62,323 nucleotides of DNA, filler included, from an uncultured virus (IMG/VR IMGVR_UViG_3300005239_002389) (8 parts of one record of this genome joined end to end with filler, not necessarily neighbours in it); one strand, 5' to 3'; numbered from the whole stretch's first letter, positions 41,330-52,896 are shown. Notes: generated from the letters alone by a model not told the origin. A program made the numbers and translations.

Positions 41330-42514
41330 TTACTTTACGATAACACCAGCAGAATTAACACTAGCGCTAAAGGTGCGTTGTACGTTTCGAGAAGCCTCTC
41401 CAATCATGCCGTAGACACCGCCATAGTTTGTGACATATATAGAGGACTTACCTCTATACATCCGACGGATGTTGCTATCCAGGGTTCCAGGAAGCTTAGA
41501 TCGCACGATCTCACTAAAAGTTTCACAGTAAACAGGAGGGTTGTAAACCCACGCAGCTCTAGACCCTGAGGTATCCCCTGTTTTGTTAATTATTGTCGGA
41601 TACTGAGCGCGTGGGTAGGAGACACCACCACCTGTACTTCCCGTCTGTGTTCCCTCTGCTTGAGGTGTCTGAAAAGGAGAGTAAGACTGATTGTTAGGTG
41701 CGAAGGCACCCCACCACGTGTAAGCTCCCTTGCTTCTCAGACCAGGCTGCCCACCAAGAGCGGTTTGAGGTGTTGAAGCAGTGTTGCTTTTGAAAAGGTT
41801 TTGATATCTAAAACCGTCCTGCAGAGTGAGCTGACCAGAAACCGCTGGAAACTCAAATGAGGTGTAGTTGCTCCAGTAACCAGGAACTGCAGGAGGAACA
41901 GTTCTCCAGTTTGTGGTTTGGTAGAGAGGATTGTTAGTAGGCACACCTCCATATGGGAAGTTTGTAGTACCACCCATATTTGGGTGGGTCTGGCAGTAGG
42001 GGTAAATAACTTCCATTGGAAGTAACTGACCTACCACTTTTACAAACGCTCCAGGAGTTCCGGGCACTCCTGAATACGTCACTCCGTCAGTTAGAAGCGT
42101 ACCTCCTGCATGTGTCCCATCTGCAGTAAGACTGAGTTTAAAAGGATGAGGTACTAGTGAAACGTCTGAAATATCGAAAGTGTATGTACTCCCTTCAAAA
42201 ATAAAAAAGTTGGTGTTTTCGACCCCATCGAAGTAGAAGCGATTACCAGCAGAAGTATTGACCACCGTGACTGTGATGGTTTTGCTTTCTGGGTATGTCG
42301 GTTGATTGATTTCCGACGCAAAAGTCATCGGAGGACCAGGGGTAATAATCCCGAAATTTGGTCCAGCGTCTAAAACGGTGTAATAACTTTGTTGTTTCCC
42401 ATTGGGCATTCGGTATCCACTTGATACCAGTTTGTACGTATCTGTTAAGTCGAGAGTATCCTCTGTGCGCTGTGGCCCTGACTGTATATTGTGATAAAGG
42501 TTTTTGTCGTACTT
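41330..42514 (-). CDS. Structural protein with a cupredoxin-like domain; 5' end in a gap
   Basis: GSTYTFD...HPFKLS...YPYCQTHPNMGG. Confidence 0.7.
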   Translation of the reverse strand, partial: KYDKNLYHNIQSGPQRTEDTLDLTDTYKLVSSGYRMPNGKQQSYYTVLDAGPNFGIITPGPPMTFASEINQPTYPESKTITVTVVNTSAGNRFYFDGVENTNFFIFEGSTYTFDISDVSLVPHPFKLSLTADGTHAGGTLLTDGVTYSGVPGTPGAFVKVVGQLLPMEVIYPYCQTHPNMGGTTNFPYGGVPTNNPLYQTTNWRTVPPAVPGYWSNYTSFEFPAVSGQLTLQDGFRYQNLFKSNTASTPQTALGGQPGLRSKGAYTWWGAFAPNNQSYSPFQTPQAEGTQTGSTGGGVSYPRAQYPTIINKTGDTSGSRAAWVYNPPVYCETFSEIVRSKLPGTLDSNIRRMYRGKSSIYVTNYGGVYGMIGEASRNVQRTFSASVNSAGVIVK

Positions 42515-42796
42515 NNNNNNNNNNNNNNNNNNNNNNNNNNNNNNNNNNNNNNNNNNNNNNNNNNNNNNNNNNNNNNNNNNNNNNNNNNNNNNNNNNNNNN
42601 NNNNNNNNNNNNNNNNNNNNNNNNNNNNNNNNNNNNNNNNNNNNNNNNNNNNNNNNNNNNNNNNNNNNNNNNNNNNNNNNNNNNNNNNNNNNNNNNNNNN
42701 NNNNNNNNNNNNNNNNNNNNNNNNNNNNNNNNNNNNNNNNNNNNNNNNNNNNNNNNNNNNNNNNNNNNNNNNNNNNNNNNNNNNNNNNNNNNNNNN

Positions 42797-42980
42797 AACC
42801 GATGGGAGGGACAAGCGAGATTTCGACACCTTCGTCAAAACCATCAGAAGAAGAAGCCTCTACAACTTCTACTGACTGAGTAATTTCAGTTGCTTTTTTG
42901 TTGGGTTCAGCTTTTGCTTGAACAGGAGCTACTTGCAAAGGAATCATGCGAGTGCCAGCAGCATCAGGAGAGAGTGCCAT
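42797..42980 (-). CDS. Small hypothetical protein; 3' end at a gap
   Basis: MALSPDAAGTRMIPLQ... Confidence 0.5.
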
Positions 42981-43013
42981 AGCTTAAAACTGTGAGTCAG
43001 CTAATACTAAGCC

Positions 43014-43045
43014 AAAAAAATACCCCCGCACTTACGACGGGGGCA
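43014..43045 (-). terminator. Rho-independent terminator after the scaffold gene
   Basis: Minus strand GCCCCCG-N9-CGGGGGT followed by ATTTTTTT. Confidence 0.7.
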
Positions 43046-43089
43046 CTGTATCCAACACCCGGTTCAAGGAGAACCGATTTAAACCTAGC

Positions 43090-43907
43090 TTATGCTCCTT
43101 CCATGAACAAAAGCTTATTACGCATAGCGTCTTGGTTCATGTTTTGGAGGTAACGCCAAGCGTTCTCAGGATTGCGGTTCATAACTTCAGAGAAGCCTTC
43201 CCACTGCTGCTGAGGAGCTATGGAGCCTTGCTGACCACCGGCGCCAGCAGGTACGGCAGGCATATCAAACTGTTGTTGATACTGCTGCTGTGGCTGCTGA
43301 TAACCACCTTGCTGTCCCATCTCATCACCGATGTCCACGGGGTAGACCTCAGTGAAATAGCGATCTGTGTAGTCAGCCAGATGATCAGGGTGAGTAAGAA
43401 TCTGATGCATCGCACCAGCCCTTTGGTTCAGAACGTCGTAACGCTGAGACTGATCAATCAGCATGTCCTCAAGAGCACATGAGTACTGATTGAGGATTCC
43501 AGGAGCTTCGATCCCGAAGTGCCTAACGACCTCTTCGCTTACGTTGCTTAGGCTTATTTGGCTGGGTGCCGTAGAAGCCTGCGAGGAAGTTTGGGTCGGT
43601 GAGGCGCTGGTACGCAATGTCTGCGCTGCCTGCGGTTCCTGGTAAGCCCAAGGCTGGGCCTGTGAAGGCTGACTGAGCGTTGTTGTATCCGCCTGTGGCG
43701 CTTGATTGAGCGACCACTGAGTCGGGCTGGGGGAGGGAGAGTTGACCTGGGTCAGCACCCGCTCCAGCGAACCCATCGCTGCTTCCCAAGGATTGTTCGG
43801 GAAGGACTGCGATGGAGACTGGCTGTACTGGTTGTTGGTAATAGGGGCCGTAGCCTGTGTTACCTGCTGTGGCGAGGGGGCTGTAGTGCCGAAGCTGCCA
43901 CCGGGGT
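43090..43907 (-). CDS. Putative capsid scaffolding protein; 5' end in a gap
   Basis: Q/P/S-rich with a helical C-terminus; lies between portal and capsid. Confidence 0.65.
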
Positions 43908-43927
43908 NNNNNNNNNNNNNNNNNNNN

Positions 43928-45392
43928 TGTCTACCCCTAGTTCTTGCAAGTTTCTGACAACAATCGACTTCTGGTTGATGTCGTAAGCGGTGTCTTCGTA
44001 GACATCACCTTGGTAACGATAAGTCACCTCACGCTCACCGTCTTCAGGAAGACCAACTACACCAGGAGGGACTTTGCCCTTCTCGATAGCGGTCTTAATC
44101 TCCGTGTCGACCTTACGTTCAAACCTTTTTAGAGAGGCTTGATACTTTTCTAAGGTTTCTGGAGTTTGTTCCTTTGGAGGTGTGGGAACTTTCATCCCCG
44201 AAGCAACAATAAAGGACTCTCGGAAAATTTCTTCCTGGTGGTAGATAATCATCTCCAACAAACGGCAAAATCCGTAGGTCAGAAACGACTTATTTTTCCG
44301 AAGAGCAGTTGCTTGCGCTCTACCAGTGAGACCTTTGATCTCTGTGGCAGTTGCACCAGCTGAGATTGAGATTTCGTCGACTCCGCCAAGCGCTGTACGA
44401 ATTTCTTCGCGTAATAACAGCGAATAACGGTTCATATCCCCAGACACAGGGTCTGGAGTCATGTAACCGACTCGATCTGAGGGCTCAATGTTCGCAATAA
44501 TTCGCGGAACACGCAGCCCACCACCCATAGCGGTGCCAAAAGGCTCGCTAACCCTTGTTGAGGGGGTGCTTTGACCCGCAAATCCGCTCTGACTGCTGAT
44601 TGTCGGGCGGAAAGTGTTCTGGGCGTCGTTAGCTTCGACCAGATCACTACGGGGACGGGAACTAATCAGGGTGGGGTTGCCAAAGAACTCGATATTCTTG
44701 GCAACATTGCGAATAATCTGATCATGGAGCACGATTTGCTCCATAAATGGGTCAAATTCGCCCTCACCCTCTGTTCCTGATGCGTTTGGCTTGTTTAGAA
44801 CCTCTACAGCAGGTACGAAACCCAGAGTATTCTTTCTTGTGTTAGATGGAGTCAGTACACTTCCAGGTTCTAACTCAAAGCTAAGCTCAGAATCACTCTC
44901 GTTTTCTGTTATTTCGTCTGCTGTAATAGATAAACGAACGTATCTTTTGTTCTGTCCGTATGTCGTTGAAGGCAGACCTAAGTTGCTGTTCTTAACTTTA
45001 TAGCTATAGAGAATGACAACTTCTTCGACAGAACCGTTTAGGTCGTGGTAAACCCGGTACTGGTTTTTGTTGAAGAAATAGATCTGATATTTCAGTTTCT
45101 CATCAGGACGGAAGTAAAACAAGCCGCAACCGTCGATCAGGAAATTCCTAATAATCGAAGGGAATCGAATATCAAGCCTGTTAAGGGCAATAACGTCGTC
45201 TAGGAACCTAGTACGGCTCTTGTATGTATCTTGTTCGCAGTAGAAGGTAATACCCTTCTTGATCATGTACAAGACCATCTGCTGGATGTGACTAAGCACA
45301 ACCATCGTCGCTGATTGACTTGAGCGATCCTGAGTCCTTGCGGCTTCTAGGATCTCCTCAAATCGATTTCTAATTTCTGTTGAGGACGACAT
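43928..45392 (-). CDS. Putative portal protein; 3' end in a gap
   Basis: More than 488 aa, between the TerL region and scaffold; VAKNIEFFGNP, ALGGVDEISISAGATATEIK. Confidence 0.8.
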
Positions 45393-45398
45393 TCAGAG

Positions 45399-45539
45399 TC
45401 ACTTGTCTTTTTGACGCATTTCCTTGGCTTTGCGGGATTTGTCACGAGCAGATTTACGCTTTTCATTCTGCTCTTCGTCACCTCCTTCTTGCTTTTTCTT
45501 AAACTTTTCTAGGAGCTCAGGTGGCATCTTGTTCGTCAT
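45399..45539 (-). CDS. Small highly charged protein, not in the ORF track
   Basis: MTNKMPPELLEKFKKKQEGG...KAKEMRQKDK. Confidence 0.65.
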   Translation of the reverse strand: MTNKMPPELLEKFKKKQEGGDEEQNEKRKSARDKSRKAKEMRQKDK

Positions 45540-46344
45540 CGGGAAGAAGATACTTTCTAACTCTCTCTAGTTTAACCACCTCTTCGGGCAAATCCTCAAG
45601 AGGATACTCAGTTAGTAAATGATCTTCGCGTCCGAGCATATCGGTATTGCCGGGTTTAGCAACAAAATCCTCGCACAGCTGCTGTACTTCGGGTTTGTCC
45701 CAAATGTAGTACTCGGCGATGTTCCGGAGCTTGATTTTTCTTCGGTCCGAGTCTCCCATCCAAGAGAAATGCCAACCAGCGTTGCGAACACCAACGTAAT
45801 AATTATCAGTCGACGCTCGCATCGCCGATAAAGTTCCGAATTCTTTGAGCTTACCGACTGTGCTAGCCACGCCACAACGCCAATCAAAAAGTTCACCTTC
45901 AGGAGAGATAAGTTGACGATCTGCACGTCCATAGTGCATGCTCATGCTCATTCTAATTACTTTGTTTTCCTCCATATCGACTGATCTCTTAATCGCTTCA
46001 AGTGCAGAAGGATTCGTGATCTCGTCGCAGTCAGAGCAGATGAAGTAGTCGTCATCGTCAAGCATGTGAAGACCGACGCTCAAAGCATCTCGTTGTCCTC
46101 TTTCTCGAATCCATGGGTCGGGAGCTTCCGTAACGTTTGGTAGCTCTACGTGCAGAACTTGAATCTTGTCTTCTGGGAGCCCAAGCTCACGAATAGTATC
46201 CACACAGGAAAAAGCTTTCTTGTCTCCCCTGTGAGTGCGGTCAGCGTCCGTGATCAAAAAACCATCTACGTGATTCTCAAGAGTCCGTACTCTCAACTCC
46301 AAAAGCTCTTTTTCGTTGAAGTACGTAAAACAATCAATAATCAC
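45517..46344 (-). CDS. GT17-like glycosyltransferase (beta-1,4-GlcNAc transferase family)
   Basis: IIDCFTYFNEKELLELR, WIRERGQRD, SDCDEI, GWHFSW. Confidence 0.85.
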   Translation of the reverse strand: MIIDCFTYFNEKELLELRVRTLENHVDGFLITDADRTHRGDKKAFSCVDTIRELGLPEDKIQVLHVELPNVTEAPDPWIRERGQRDALSVGLHMLDDDDYFICSDCDEITNPSALEAIKRSVDMEENKVIRMSMSMHYGRADRQLISPEGELFDWRCGVASTVGKLKEFGTLSAMRASTDNYYVGVRNAGWHFSWMGDSDRRKIKLRNIAEYYIWDKPEVQQLCEDFVAKPGNTDMLGREDHLLTEYPLEDLPEEVVKLERVRKYLLPDDEQDAT

Positions 46345-46368
46345 GAAACGCTTGCTAGTAGCAACATG

Positions 46369-46590
46369 CTACCTGCGATCCTTCGCTGATGCCAGAAGCT
46401 GTCTTTTCATGACTTCTACGTCAGCTCTCTCATCCATATTGGGGTCAAAAGCTTCATCAGAGTCCCCGTTCGGCGGAGGAGGTGGGGGAGGAGCACCTGC
46501 TTCTTGGTTGAGTCCTTGGCGAACAAAGTCTCCATAGCGGTTCTCACCACGCATGGAGTTTTGCATTTGAGAAGCTTGGTTGTAGTTCAT
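46369..46590 (-). CDS. Small poly-Pro hypothetical protein
   Basis: 73-aa ORF coupled to its neighbour. Confidence 0.65.
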   Translation of the reverse strand: MNYNQASQMQNSMRGENRYGDFVRQGLNQEAGAPPPPPPPNGDSDEAFDPNMDERADVEVMKRQLLASAKDRR

Positions 46591-46868
46591 CAGAAAAGAA
46601 GAACGGCGGACGTGATGTCACCACCAGAAATAGTGGTGGCACCAACTGAAAGCAGAGGGTTGTTAACGAACCCACCCATAGGGATAAGTTGCCCCTGTCC
46701 GTCGTTTAACTCGATATAAACAACATCGGTATTGTTGGTGGTAATTACGCTGATGCCCCGGCACGTTGAGAAAGTCTTAGGACCGTCAGAGGGTGTCCAT
46801 CTAAAACCACTTGCATAAGGCAGGGATGCAACCTGCCCGTACACAGTTCCAAAGGCCGGGATATCCAT
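46590..46868 (-). CDS. Small beta-rich hypothetical protein
   Basis: 92 aa; GTAGAAT upstream. Confidence 0.7.
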   Translation of the reverse strand: MDIPAFGTVYGQVASLPYASGFRWTPSDGPKTFSTCRGISVITTNNTDVVYIELNDGQGQLIPMGGFVNNPLLSVGATTISGGDITSAVLLF

Positions 46869-46885
46869 AGCTCAGTAAATAATCA

Positions 46886-47110
46886 TCATTCTACCTCTTT
46901 CTCCTTAATCAACAGGTCTAAGTACCACTGAGCTTTTTTTAGTGACTCAACTCCTTGCTTATGGTTTTCTCTCCAGATGTATTTGATGCAGTTAGCTTTG
47001 CAGTAGCCAAAAAACTCTTCGTCGGTAAGCGCAGACTTAATCGCATCGATACACTCTATACCTCCAGCCGTATAGTGCGATGGGTGATTGACGTTATCGA
47101 TAGTGTTCAT
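46886..47110 (-). CDS. DUF3310 / T7 gp1.7-like protein (nucleotide kinase family)
   Basis: VNHPSHYTAGGIECIDAI...NCIKYIWR...SLKKAQWYL. Confidence 0.9.
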   Translation of the reverse strand: MNTIDNVNHPSHYTAGGIECIDAIKSALTDEEFFGYCKANCIKYIWRENHKQGVESLKKAQWYLDLLIKEKEVE

Positions 47111-48111
47111 ACAAACATGTTCTCGGTAGTTATGCAGTCTGCCTGCTTCAGGAGTGTATCGGAATACTTTGTATCCAAGTGACGTATCAAACCTTCGTCA
47201 GCTATGGTCACCCAGTCACCTCTATGCACCAGAGGAACCACGCGTCTGTGGTCTTGACCATCTTCGAGGTTTTCAAAGGCAATGCCCATAGATGAACGAT
47301 CTGCAGTAGGCCAGTTACGGTGACCAACCATGCGATGGCTGAGCTCAGGGTGTGAGCTTACAGAGGCGATGTACTCTTCAGCCATTTCTTGATCGAGGAT
47401 CATCATCCCTGAGTAGGGGTTACCTAGGAGAATGAAACCTAAATACTTCTCATGCGTGGGAGTCAAGTAGACCTTTGCGTTGTGAGGGATGTCGTGCCAG
47501 ACATTTTCTGTAATCTCGGTCAGGTTGTATCTTTTGTAATTGTCGAAGGGGATTCTCAAATCATCGTTCAGCTCATAGCGGCAGAACGAAGGTTCTAGGT
47601 TTAGTTCCTTCAACATATCCTTGTTTTCCAACCAGTAGTTCAAGTGGTCGAGAGTGAACAACATGTCATTCTCTGAGTACATGTAGTAATCATAAGTGCT
47701 CTGAGTAACAGCTAATCGCAGTNNNNNNNNNNNNNNNNNNNNNNNNNNNNNNNNNNNNNNNNNNNNNNNNNNNNNNNNNNNNNNNNNNNNNNNNNNNNNN
47801 NNNNNNNNNNNNNNNNNNNNNNNNNNNNNNNNNNNNNNNNNNNNNNNNNNNNNNNNNNNNNNNNNNNNNNNNNNNNNNNNNNNNNNNNNNNNNNNNNNNN
47901 NNNNNNNNNNNNNNNNNNNNNNNNNNNNNNNNNNNNNNNNNNNNNNNNNNNNNNNNNNNNNNNNNNNNNNNNNNNNNNNNNNNNNNNNNNNNNNNNNNNN
48001 NNNNNNNNNNNNNNNNNNNNNNNNTTGTGCATACTCCTTTAGACACTTGAGCAGTGGGTCAAAACGAGACAGAGGATCGTGAGCAGTAACCAGAATTAGA
48101 AGTTTTTTCAT
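47107..48111 (-). CDS. Glycosyltransferase-like protein (GT-A fold candidate); internal gap
   Basis: LLILVTAHD N-terminal strand; YDYYMYSENDMLF DxD-like motif. Confidence 0.55.
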   Translation of the reverse strand: MKKLLILVTAHDPLSRFDPLLKCLKEYAQXXXXXXXXXXXXXXXXXXXXXXXXXXXXXXXXXXXXXXXXXXXXXXXXXXXXXXXXXXXXXXXXXXXXXXXXXXXXXXXXXXXXXXXXXXXXXXXXXXXXXLRLAVTQSTYDYYMYSENDMLFTLDHLNYWLENKDMLKELNLEPSFCRYELNDDLRIPFDNYKRYNLTEITENVWHDIPHNAKVYLTPTHEKYLGFILLGNPYSGMMILDQEMAEEYIASVSSHPELSHRMVGHRNWPTADRSSMGIAFENLEDGQDHRRVVPLVHRGDWVTIADEGLIRHLDTKYSDTLLKQADCITTENMFV

Positions 48112-49636
48112 TAGTACTCAACAGAGAATTGACCTCGTTTTTGGAGGAAAGTCATAAGCCAGACATAGGCATCTAACAAGTCATCGTGACTAGTTGCGCC
48201 AATATTGATCAACTGGTCAATCAATGCGTCGAACTTGCGGTACTTGTTAAAGGTCACTTTCTTGTTTTCCAAGAGACCTAAAGTGCCCCTGAATCTGGCG
48301 ATCTTGTCACCCCTAAACCCTTTCACCTCATGGACATGGAGGTTATGCAAACCACGCTCGTTCAATAGAACCCTTCGTATGTCAGCAGCAAGACTAGCTT
48401 GGTAAGCCACAGCTTCAACTACGAGCGTCACAGTTGAGTGTGTAGGGAAATACTCTCCGTCTTGCAGTACGAGGATTCCCCATTCCACCAACATGTCGCA
48501 GAGAAGATCGATTTTTTCTAAATTTCCAATTGTGCGGATCTGGTGAGCGTCCACGATGTAGTAGTCGTCTTTCAATCTTCCGCCTAAAACGAACGCCGTG
48601 TAGTCAGACGTTTCGTTCTTACTAGCAGAAAGGTCAATACCTACAGCCAGAGAATCAAACTCAGTAGCTACTTCTCCTTTAATAATGAGGTCAGGAGACA
48701 ACACCAAATCAGAAGACATAACTGCCTGCTGTTGGTACTGATAAGCAAATGCAACAGGATCTAATTCTTTCTGTTGTAGCAAGTATTTTGCAGACCACTG
48801 ACTAGGCCAATAACTAACAGGATCACCATCGTTGTCATAAGTAATCGCTTCTTGTGAAACCTGCTTCCAACCTTTTTGAGGGGTAAACATAGTTTTATGA
48901 ATATCTAACGGATGGAATCGTGTTCCTAGACAGATCGAACGACCACCTTCAAAAACAATCGGTGCGATAACGCTTGACCAGTTGTTATTCATTTCCTCTC
49001 TAATCGCAGGGTTTTTAATATCTGCGCTGGATTTAATGGGGTCATCCACGATGACAAGGTGAGCACGTTTAGACGTAATCGAGCCCCTCAGTCCAGCAGC
49101 ACGAAGAGTAAATTCCTCGTCACCCACTCGACTGATTCCTGCATAGTCAAAATCAATTGACCAACCAACATCACTCTGCATACCCTGGCGGAGCTGCACT
49201 CGCGGGAAAATTTTCCTGAAAGTCGCTGAGTCAATGATCTGTTTGATAATCCGACTTTTAGGGATGGCAGTGTTGATGTTGTAGGAGCAGTAGATAATCT
49301 GAAGCGGTCTTTTCTGTGTGGTGTGGCGACCGATCACCCACGCGGTAAACAAGTTTAGAACCGTACTTTTTGCCGAACCACGAGGAGCAAGAATGTCGAG
49401 GTTGGGTCCAGCTATATCCAACAAATATTTATTTGATTCACCAGTTACAAGATGTTTGTGCCACTCCAGCATATGTTGTGCTGGTGGTTTATCTAGAACA
49501 GTACAAAAAGTAAGGAAGTCATCCTGTGCTCTAGCGAACACATTATCTACACCAAAATTATCTACATCGGTATCGACAGCACGTTGAGCCTTTAACCGTA
49601 AAGCTCTCCTGTACGCAAAGTTTCTCTACTCGGCAT
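48111..49636 (-). CDS. terL: Terminase large subunit; true start probably 49636 with a frameshift near 49617
   Basis: APRGSAKST, VIVDDPIK, LGTRFH, GIDLSA...SDYTA, HDDLLDA. Confidence 0.95.
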
Positions 49637-49676
49637 ATCTAAAACTGTCTGTATAGTGTAGAAAGATCTACTCTGT

Positions 49677-50848
49677 ATGTCCAAATTCTCTGGTACGGAG
49701 ATGCAGTTTCTCATACGGGTTTTGCACGTGTAACCCATAGTCTTTTAGAGCACCTCAGCAAAAACCATGAAGTTGTAGTGTTTGGTATTAACTATAACGG
49801 AGATCCCCATCCATACGATTTTAAAATTTACCCTGCAGCAGGAGTCCACCCTGGTGATCGTTTTGGTTTGGCTCGTCTGCCTTCAGTTGTCGAAGAAGAA
49901 AAACCTGACTTTATTATCGCTCTCAACGATATCTGGATGATCAATCAGGTGTGGGAGAAGATTCACTTTCTGCAACCAACTCTGGGTTTTAAATTCATAC
50001 CTTATTTCCCCATCGATTCTGAGCGGTATGTAGATTCTATGCTCAGGTACGTGAAGGACTGGGATTTCTCAGTCACCTTTACAGTGCAGCAAGCTCAACG
50101 AATTCAAAACCACAACGTCGAACCGAAGATGTTGGGTGTTCTTCCTCACGGAATTGACGCAGATAAATTTTTTCCCATGGATCAGGAGGAAGCTCGAAAA
50201 AAGCTGAGTCTCCCTCCAGGCAAGTTCATTGTCTTAAACGCTAATCGCAACCAACCTCGCAAACGAATTGACCTGACAATCCAGGCATTTGCTGAGTTTG
50301 CAAAGGACAAGCCAGACACCATGCTCTATCTCCATATGAGTGAGAAAGATTTGGGCTGGGGTATTCGTGAAATCTTTGACTCAGAAATGAAACGACGCGA
50401 TCTAGACCCGACAAATCGGTTGATTATGACCGCACGGAACATCAACTATATGGCTCCTCCTACCGACGAAACACTAAACTTAATTTATAACTCCTGTGAC
50501 GTTGGTATAAATACAGCAGATGGAGAGGGTTGGGGACTGGTGCCTTTTGAGCATGCGTCATGTCGAAAAGCACAAGTGGTTCCTGACCACACGTCGTGCC
50601 GAGATATTTGGCGCGGAAGCGGATGTCTAATCGATGTCGCGGCTTGGGTTCGGGATAAAGATCTCAGCGTTGAAAGAGGAATTATCAACGTTACTTCTGC
50701 TGTCGATCATCTCAACAAGCTTTATCACGACAAGGCATATAGAGACGAAGTAGCCGAAGAGTGCTACGAAGTTACGCAGAACCCCAGCTATCGCTGGGAT
50801 CGGATTGCGCTCGGATTTGAAAAAGCAATGGAGGATCTGTCCAAATGA
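49677..50848 (+). CDS. GT4-family (GT-B) glycosyltransferase; start extended across a homopolymer frameshift
   Basis: (K)ILWYGDAVSHTGFARV, HGID, NRNQPRKRID, GEGWGLVPFEHA. Confidence 0.9.
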
Positions 50849-51933
50849 GTACTCAGCACATTCGATACCACGCCTCGATGAGCAGCGTGTGTTACCCGTC
50901 TAGAGTGCGCATGTATAAACACGGAGGACCTTGTGTTTACCAACAAGCTGAAGATCTTGGAGGTGTGTTCACCAGAATTAATCGAGGACTTCCTTTCCGT
51001 TCGGTAGCTAACTTTAGTCCTTGCTTGTTTGATCACGACGGTCATCAACTGATTGCGTGGCGCTCTCAGCCAGAACCATTTGTGTTCCGGCACGACATGA
51101 AGTACTTCTACTACAACAGTGTTCCTACAGATGTCTATGTAGGTGAACTGATTGGTGACGACACAATTGTGGGAGCCAAGAAAATAAGAAATAACCCTCA
51201 CAAACTTAGTTACGAGGACCCACGGTTGTTTCATGACTCACAGGGAAACCTAATGTGTCAATTCATTACCAGCGCTTACGCTTCACGCTGGGATAACACC
51301 ATTCACAAAATGGCAAAAAATCCCAAAGTTTGCGTGGGAGAACTCAATCGTTTCGGTCAGTGTGTAGATGCTTTCTACCCTGAGATTGGATTAAACCATG
51401 TAGATGGTGGCTCAGAGAAAAATTGGTGCTTCTTCCGAGACGACGACAAAACTCGTCTCCTCTACTCGACCGTACCGATTGTCATCAAGACACCTGGAGA
51501 GAAAGAAAAAAGGATCGACGCTTCGGTACTACAGAAGGTAACTGGAGAGTTTCCAACTTTTAATTCCACAGCTCCAGTCAAGATTGGAGACGAGTGGCTT
51601 GTCTTTTATCACTTCAAGTTCATGGGTAGGGTCCCAGATCACGAACAACCAATCTTGTTCTACGGATTGAGCTGCTATACGCTAAATGAAAAGCTTACCA
51701 AGATCGTGCGTCACATGCCTGAGGTGTTGTTTGAAGGATCTATGGAAGATGAGTTAATTACGTGGACTGACGTTCAAGGCAATCCAGTTTCCAAGCAACC
51801 AGCTTGCATTCTCCCCTTCGGAGCCACGGTAGAAGAAGACGTTCTCAGTCTTTCTCTTGGAGTAAACGACTCCTTTATGGGTATCTTTCGAGTGGAATTA
51901 AACAATCTACTTTCTTTGATGGAGAAGGTTTAA
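50845..51933 (+). CDS. GH130-like five-bladed propeller carbohydrate-active enzyme
   Basis: SYEDPRLF, SEKNWCFF, ILPFGA...SLGVND. Confidence 0.65.
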   Translation: MSTQHIRYHASMSSVCYPSRVRMYKHGGPCVYQQAEDLGGVFTRINRGLPFRSVANFSPCLFDHDGHQLIAWRSQPEPFVFRHDMKYFYYNSVPTDVYVGELIGDDTIVGAKKIRNNPHKLSYEDPRLFHDSQGNLMCQFITSAYASRWDNTIHKMAKNPKVCVGELNRFGQCVDAFYPEIGLNHVDGGSEKNWCFFRDDDKTRLLYSTVPIVIKTPGEKEKRIDASVLQKVTGEFPTFNSTAPVKIGDEWLVFYHFKFMGRVPDHEQPILFYGLSCYTLNEKLTKIVRHMPEVLFEGSMEDELITWTDVQGNPVSKQPACILPFGATVEEDVLSLSLGVNDSFMGIFRVELNNLLSLMEKV

Positions 51934-52463
51934 CTCTTCTCCTCTCGTTCGATAGTGCCCCAAATGACGAGTGATGCTTCTTCAAGCAGAGCCATCATCG
52001 CGGGCACATCTTCAAAAGTATTATTTAATTCACGAAGACAACGATCAGCGCCAGCCAGTAAAAGCCCACGGCGATCAACACCATCAGTGAGCTGTCTGAC
52101 GGCTTGGATGTGAGATCTAAGTTCCTTTTGAAGAACGGAAATTTTAGTAGCAGCAGTGGCATGATCAAGCATTCCAGTCAAAGTCATTTGACGGACATTC
52201 CCGATGTCTACTTTTAGTGAATCAATCTCAATCAATAAGATTTTTCTGAGATCCTCTTTAGGGTATTTTTCTTGAACGTATGCAGTTAGATCAGAGATTG
52301 ACCCTGCATATCCCGGTTGAAGAAAACGAGAGTACAGGAATGCCTCAATATCACTGACGCAGTTCTTGCAGTAGAACTTAAATGCATCTTTTTGAGTTTT
52401 GTCGAGAGTATCTAACCACGCGCCAACTGTAGTTGAGTCACCAATAACACTAGTGCCGATCAT
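51930..52463 (-). CDS. Helical hypothetical protein (terminase small subunit candidate)
   Basis: 177 aa, helical; nearest same-strand gene upstream of TerL; assignment is positional only. Confidence 0.45.
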   Translation of the reverse strand: MIGTSVIGDSTTVGAWLDTLDKTQKDAFKFYCKNCVSDIEAFLYSRFLQPGYAGSISDLTAYVQEKYPKEDLRKILLIEIDSLKVDIGNVRQMTLTGMLDHATAATKISVLQKELRSHIQAVRQLTDGVDRRGLLLAGADRCLRELNNTFEDVPAMMALLEEASLVIWGTIEREEKS

Positions 52464-52796
52464 GCAAAACTTCTCGTTCCTGCTAGCGCCATGTTAGTTC
52501 CTTGACGACGCAGTGCCATCTGACGTTTGCCTTCAGCTTGAATTCTTGCCAACGAACCTAGATCTTTTACTTCCTGCATCTTGATGTTGCTGTTTAACAG
52601 CTGAGAATTTAGAGCCATTTGTCCTTTTGTGTCAGCTCTAGAATCAAAGACATCACCGATAGTGTACGCCTGATCAAGGGCAGCATTTAGCTTGCCCGTT
52701 TCTTCTGCCTTTCTCATATCGATATTGGTACCAGCAGCTTGTTTAGACAGATCATTTTCTAGACTTAGAACTGCAGCACCAGCGTCACGAACGAAA
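52460..52796 (-). CDS. Hypothetical A/Q-rich protein; 5' end in a gap
   Basis: Frame is open up to the gap. Confidence 0.6.
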
Positions 52797-52896
52797 NNNN
52801 NNNNNNNNNNNNNNNNNNNNNNNNNNNNNNNNNNNNNNNNTTAATTAATTAANNNNNNNNNNNNNNNNNNNNNNNNNNNNNNNNNNNNNNNNNNNN

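Noticed and set aside
4373..49690. Programmed frameshifts or pseudogenes at about 4378, 7200, 7288, 18325, 30550, 39880, 49617 and 49685
   Set aside because: Single-base indels, mostly in short homopolymers and some in essential genes such as terL; best explained as sequencing error
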